This document shows positions 58,250 through 64,000 of a DNA stretch of 64,000 nucleotides, piece by piece; within the stretch, counting starts at the first letter, position 1; each line of letters opens with the position of its first letter. The DNA comes from Eledone cirrhosa (lineage: Eukaryota): positions 79,670,001 to 79,734,000 of the forward strand of contig OZ024740.1 of the NCBI GenBank assembly GCA_964016885.1, in the 5' to 3' direction. Under the pieces are notes generated by a model. It was not told the origin of the DNA. It made no database searches and saw only the letters and a list, made by a program, of their open reading frames with translations. The translations under genes were made by a program, and so were the position numbers.

Positions 58250-58462
58250 GGACGGTAGGTTGACAGAATCGGTAGCGCGTCGAATAAAATCCTTTGTGCA
58301 TTTAGCGACGGTTCTTTACGTTCTAAGTTCAAATCCTACCGATGTCAATTTTACCTTTCATCCTCTTGGGGTTGATAGAATAAGTACTAGGTATATACAG
58401 GGGTCGATTTAATCGATTTTACCCTACTTCAAATTTGCTAGCCTTGTGTCAAAATAAGAAAT
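58250..58462 (+). mobile_element. Diverged SINE copy (long form)
   Basis: A box, B box, core and tail are recognisable. Confidence 0.8.
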
Positions 58463-58504
58463 TCTATATTATATTATATACATGATTCAAGAAGACTTAT
58501 AAAC

Positions 58505-59105
58505 AAGTGGCAATAACATATACACGCGTTGTTGTTGTATACTGTAAACATGTAGCAATAACACAGATTTTTGTTGTTATATATTATAATCTAAATATGT
58601 AGCAACAACACAATCTATTTTCTACTATAACATGTAGCAATAACACACATTTCTGTTGTTATATATGATAGTGTAAACATGTAGCAACAATAACACATAA
58701 TCTATTGTCTACTATAACATGCAGAAATAACATACTTCCATTGTTATATATTATGATGTAAACATGTAACAACAACGGCAAACATAATCTATTGTCTACT
58801 ATAACGTTTAGAAATAACATACCTCCATTGTTAACATATAATGTAAACATGCAGCAACAGATTTCTGTTGTTATATATGATAGTGTAAACATATAGAAAT
58901 AACATACTTCCATTGTTATATATTATAATGTAAACATGTAGCAACAACAACAACACACACATCTGTTGTCTATTATAACATGCAGCAATAATATACTTCC
59001 ATTGTTATATATTATAATGTAAACATGTAGCAACAACACACATCTGTTATCTATTATAACATGTAGCCATTGTTATATATGACAGTGTAAACCATGTAGC
59101 AACAA
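58505..59105. repeat. Diverged minisatellite (about 40-bp subunits, AACATGTAGCAACAACAC...TGTTATAT)
   Basis: About 14 AACATG-anchored units; related units at 57140-57280 and 57740-57870. Confidence 0.8.
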
Positions 59106-60611
59106 ATCAATATGATAGGCAATGGGTTGTTCTTTCGTTTCATCGATCAGTTTTCCAATTCTTCGATCAACGAATGTAATCATTTATTGAATTATAATGT
59201 ATGTGGCAGACGTATGTCCTCTTAACGAAACCCCGAGACAGACTCAGCATGTGAGTGTATGTGTATGTGTATGTCTGTATGCGTGCGTGTGTGTGCGTGT
59301 GTATGTGTGTGTGCATGTGTGTGTGTAACGAGAGCTGTCAACTCTCCCTGTCCAACGAGATTTGCAATAGCCTTTGAGGTGGGTGAGAGATGTCTTTTGT
59401 GAAAATGGGTATAGCTTTCATTATGTAAATCTCCCCATTTTGCCTCAATTCTCCCCGTTTTGGGGGCACTTTTTTTCATTGTACTCACGATTTGGGTTTT
59501 TAGAAGTTGGCAGGTCTGCTGTAACCCAAGGTGGACGCTATATTGTTACATGTATGTAATGTACTGTGTGAAATAAAGTAGACGGAAACTGTTTGGAAGC
59601 CCGTCGGATGAGCTATATCTGTAATTTCAAAGGTTCAGTCTGACCTGACACTATGTCACGCTGAATCTCCCTGAGAATTACGCTAAGAATACACGTGTCT
59701 GTGGAATACTTAGTCACTTATACGTGATTTAATCCTTTCATCAGCATATTTCTAATAAATGATACTGCGTATGATTTTTATATCATTTTGAAAATAATCA
59801 ATAATAATAGAGGAATTTGGTACGATAACTTTCTCTGTCGACCGGGATCAACGAGGCGGACTGACCCTTGGATTTCATTTATGGTGGTAACCTATGGATT
59901 TGATTTACTTCCATAAGCATATATCCACACGTACATACATGTATAAAAATCATTGAGACGATTTTGTCTTAATCCGTCTTCGTTGTTGCGTATGAAATAA
60001 TTTTGATGTTTACTTTCTTATTTATCTGGTGTTTGAAACATAACATTACAAAGGTCTTACATGAAATTAACAAAGAAGGGTTTTTAAAAGAGATAAATAT
60101 GAATACACTAGAATAAACAGTTTTGTATAATAAAAAAAACAGGGAGGGTGTCAAAACGGTTAACAAGTGAGCCGTTCCGTTGACTGAACAACTATTAAAA
60201 TCATCTTTGAAATCGATGAAGGTTCATTCATATTTTATGATCTTTTATCTTTGATGTGAGATATTATCTTTTATGCGAGATATTAGATCGATATCACATT
60301 GATACACATGCTCATTGATGTTAAAGTGGTTCCACCTGTACATGTGTGTAAAATGATATTGTATGCTCTGTTATCCGTGTAGTTGTTATTTTGTTATTAA
60401 TATTAGAGTAATTCTACATGCTGTGCGTAAAACGATATTGTATGCTTTGTTATCTGCACTAGTATTTCTCATATATACAAAGACATTACATCGTATCACA
60501 TGTTCTGTTATTCCTGTTATCGACAACTTATTGTTTTACAGACGTGTTTTTTTTACCAAACTTTAACAATGCCACTGTTTGTTTATATATATATATATAT
60601 ATATATATATG

Positions 60612-60674
<63 letters not shown>

Positions 60675-60675
<1 letters not shown>

Positions 60676-61097
60676 GTAGGAGGTGAGTTTTATTGTAGCA
60701 CAATAAAGCAATGCAAATATCCGATAAGTAGCACTCCACAAGTCTCTGTGAGACAATGTTTTTTCTCTGTTTTAAAGGCTATTTCTCTCTCTCTATCACT
60801 CATTTCTCCTCCTCTCTCACCCTTCCTTCTTATACTCCTCCCCCGTCATCCTTTTCTTTCTTCCTCTTCCTTACCTTTTCCTACACCCTCCCCCTTTTTT
60901 TTCCCCAATCTCATATATCCATCTTACTTTATTTTTCATATGTTGATTTAACACTTCACTGCTCGCAAGTGATTTTTAAGCTTCATATCATGTCTCCCTA
61001 TTTTATCTGATGAAAACGCAAATATCATCCCATGATGATATTTGTTTTTGAAATGCGCATAATAAAATACTTGGAACTCTTTTAACCATCTTTTGAT

Positions 61098-61101
<4 letters not shown>
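60675..61101. mobile_element. Head-to-head hammerhead cassette in (TA)n; hammerhead on plus at 60999-61069
   Basis: 60675-60740 matches 41625-41690 and 63350-63415; the remainder is the reverse complement of 63445-63800. Confidence 0.85.
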
Positions 61102-61132
<31 letters not shown>

Positions 61133-61260
61133 GTAATAAAATGAAAACGAAATTTCATTTCTCACTCTTAGCACGGCACTTACTTAAATGTAAGTATGTA
61201 TGTATACGTACATACATATATGTATACAGACGTACAGTAGCATGCATATATATATATATA

Positions 61261-61862
61261 TGGTGGCTGCCAACTCGTTTTCGAGTACGGCCACTACTTT
61301 ATATCCATGTAGGAGAACCCCTACCGATGCGCTGAACGAGTGCGACTTTTTAGTCCAGCCAGCGACTTGAAAACTTTGGTACAAACACTACACTTGTGAC
61401 AATTATTGACACATAGTGCTGGGCCCATGGTACCATGTGACGACAAGTGCAGAGAGATCTCCAGATACAAAGCAATGCCTGTGCCGTGAAGCTTTTATAG
61501 TGAGCAAAGGCACTGCACAAAGCCAGTCCCACTCTCTTAACCAAGATGATATTTACCAAAAAGAACAAGTCAACATCATTAGATACCATCAGGGTTGCAG
61601 GTGTTATATCAGAGTTTTCCTTCTCCTAGAATTCTGCCTTGACAAAGGCTAAGGGGTCATCTCTCCCGGTGATTTTGGATGGCCATTGACTCTTAAGAGC
61701 TCCTTTGCCCTTTGACAGGTTTTGTTTTTAGTCCTGCAGGATGTCCAAAGTCACCCTACTCACCAAGAAACCTTGGTGGGGTTGCCAGTTTAGTCGCCAA
61801 CGACCCGACCATGGGACAGGTTGTACTGGGATACATGTTACCAGTAGCACCAACTTGTGACC
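61261..61862 (-). mobile_element. Insertion into the internal (TA)n of the unit; resembles an RTE LINE 5' UTR
   Basis: Higher GC; minus-strand GGCGACTAAACTGGCAACCCC and TTAGCCTT...GGCA...CTAGGAGAAGGAAAACTCTG recall RTE 5' UTRs (recognised from memory). Confidence 0.5.
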
Positions 61863-62245
61863 TGATATACATATATATATATACATACAGGTACACATAC
61901 ATATATGTACGTATCAGTTTAGCGGACGCTTATTATAGCGCCCGCTTTGTTCGTTTGTAAACAAACTGAACAGCCTGAATTTATGCCGCATGGTGTTAAG
62001 GCAACCACGTCACCTTTTTGTTCAACACTGACACAGGAACGATGTACTAGTTTCAAGCTTGTTAGCTATCATCAGCACCGTATACCCATCTGCCAGATAG
62101 TTGAACGTTCGAAAGTATATACTTTCCCTATGAAAATTAACGGCTGAGCAGCCTAATTTGCATATCGAGTGAGTTAAATCGGTCAGGCGCACCGAAAACG
62201 ATGAGTTGTAATAAACTGATACGTACATATATGTATGTGTACCTG

Positions 62246-62299
<54 letters not shown>

Positions 62300-62537
62300 T
62301 GCTACTGTACGTCTGTATACATATATGTATGTACGTATACATACATACTTACATTTAAGTAAGTGCCGTACTAAGAGTGAGAAATGAAATTTCGTTTTCA
62401 TTTTATTACAACTCATCGTTTTCGGTGCGCCTGACTGATTTAACTCACTCGATATGCAAATTAGGCTGCTCAGCCGTTAATTTTCATAAGGAAAGTATAT
62501 ACTTTCGAACGTTCAACTATCTGGCAGATGGGTATAT

Positions 62538-62576
62538 GGTGCTGATGATAGCTAACAAGCTTGAAACTAGTACATC
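62538..62576 (+). ncRNA. Minimal type I hammerhead (inverted twin at 62041-62079)
   Basis: GGTG-CTGATGA-T-AGCT-AACA-AGCT-T-GAAAC-TA-GTA-CATC; palindromic stem III ACTAGT. Confidence 0.78.
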
Positions 62577-62729
62577 GTTCCTGTGTCAGTGTTGAACAAA
62601 AAGGTGACGTGGTTGCCTTAACACCGTGCGGCATAAATTCAGGCTGTTCAGTTTGTTTACAAACGAACAAAGCGGGCGCTATAATAAGCGTCTGCTAAAC
62701 TGATACGTACATATATGTATGTGTACCTG

Positions 62730-62809
<80 letters not shown>

Positions 62810-62928
62810 TGCTACTGTACGTCTGTATACATATATGTATGTACGTATACATACATACTTACATTTATATATATATATATATATATACGATATTAAACAA
62901 ATGGAAACTATATTTATAAAACCATATT

Positions 62929-62994
62929 TATTTCATTATACATATTTCGGGGATACCATATTAAAAATATGGCATGCCTTCTTCAGATAAAATA
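62929..62994 (-). ncRNA. Type I hammerhead, TATTTTAT/ATAAAATA family
   Basis: TATTTTAT-CTGAAGA-AGGCATGCCATATT/AATATGGTATCCCC-GAAA-TATGTATA-ATGAAATA. Confidence 0.75.
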
Positions 62995-63163
62995 CAATAT
63001 ATAAACAGTTTTATAAATAATTTTGACGTACCATAAATATTGATCAACTTTTATGTAAGAAGTTGGTTTTAATATCGTATATCTACTCCAAAACTTGTTG
63101 AGTGCTTTATATCAGTTATAAAATATTTACTTGTTGTAACCCAACAATTTTAAATAAAACTTT

Positions 63164-63199
<36 letters not shown>

Positions 63200-63268
63200 A
63201 GTATTGCACCAAGAAAAATATAGACTTCGGCGAGGAAGGAGAGTAGGAATTTATTGGCTTAACATATG

Positions 63269-63349
<81 letters not shown>

Positions 63350-63352
<3 letters not shown>

Positions 63353-63920
63353 GGAGGTGAGTTTTATTGTAGTACAATAAAGCAATGCAGATATCGGATA
63401 AGAAGCGCTCTACAGTTTGTAGGACTGGAGTATACATAATATATAAGATCAAAAGATGGTTAAAGGAGTTCCATGTATTTTATTATGCGCATTTCAAAAA
63501 CAAACATCATCATGCAATAATATTTGTGTTTTCATCAGATAAAACAGGAGAACATGATATGAAGGCTAAAAAACACTTGTGGATAGTGCAGTTTTAAATC
63601 AACATATGAAAAGTAGTTTTAGATTGATGTGTGATATTGGGAAAAATATTTTGTTTAGAGAGGGGGGTGGAAAGGATGAAAAAAGGGGAGGAGATGAGAG
63701 TGAAGGTGGAGAGGGAGAGATGGGTGATAGAGAGAAAGAGATAGTTTTTATAACTGAGAGAAGATATATTGTTTTACATAGAGAGGTTGAAAACCGTTGG
63801 AAGATAATTTATAAATTAAAAGAATTTGAAAATTAACGAAGGGAAAAATATGTACGAGGAAAAAATATTTTATTTAGAGAGGGAGGTGGAAAGGATGAAA
63901 AAAGGGGAGGAAATTGCCAT
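63350..63920 (-). mobile_element. PLE-type 3' terminal repeat with hammerhead at 63477-63545
   Basis: Same family as 41625-41987; abuts (TA)n. Confidence 0.82.
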
Positions 63921-64000
63921 AATACTTATAAACATACACCTTTTTGACGTTAGAATATTCATCCGCAATTATTATTGTTTCTCTCTATCTTCAAACTTTT

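Larger units (their letters stand above)
61128..62866. mobile_element. Divergent, circularly permuted tandem of an about 485-bp non-coding hammerhead unit
   Basis: 61882-62215 is inverted to 62402-62735; 62216-62355 is repeated directly at 62700-62866; 61128-61255 is inverted to 62296-62412. Confidence 0.88.

Overview
Eukaryotic, AT-rich, repeat-dominated window with no recognisable host protein-coding gene. The SINE types, the dense (TA)n/(GA)n/(CA)n tracts and the retroelement mix suggest an octopus/coleoid cephalopod; this is inference. There are four zones. (1) 1-16.2 kb: a 27-bp satellite with higher-order duplications. (2) 16.4-20.0 kb: three co-oriented CRE-clade non-LTR retrotransposon pieces; one is near full length, with a PHD-like finger, a decayed RT and a deleted endonuclease core. 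(3) 21-33 kb: a very dense cluster of tRNA-derived SINEs with DNA-transposon and Penelope remnants. (4) 33.5-64 kb: microsatellite-rich DNA holding a near-intact Penelope-like element (RT + GIY-YIG), RTE/LINE/Gypsy remnants and a non-autonomous Helitron. The most striking signal is about 20 type I hammerhead-ribozyme motifs (some degenerate). Many lie in short, non-coding, head-to-head inverted and sometimes circularly permuted cassettes inside (TA)n tracts, and they show stem covariation and a U3-A8 core variant. All alignments and folds were done by eye; coordinates of decayed elements are approximate.
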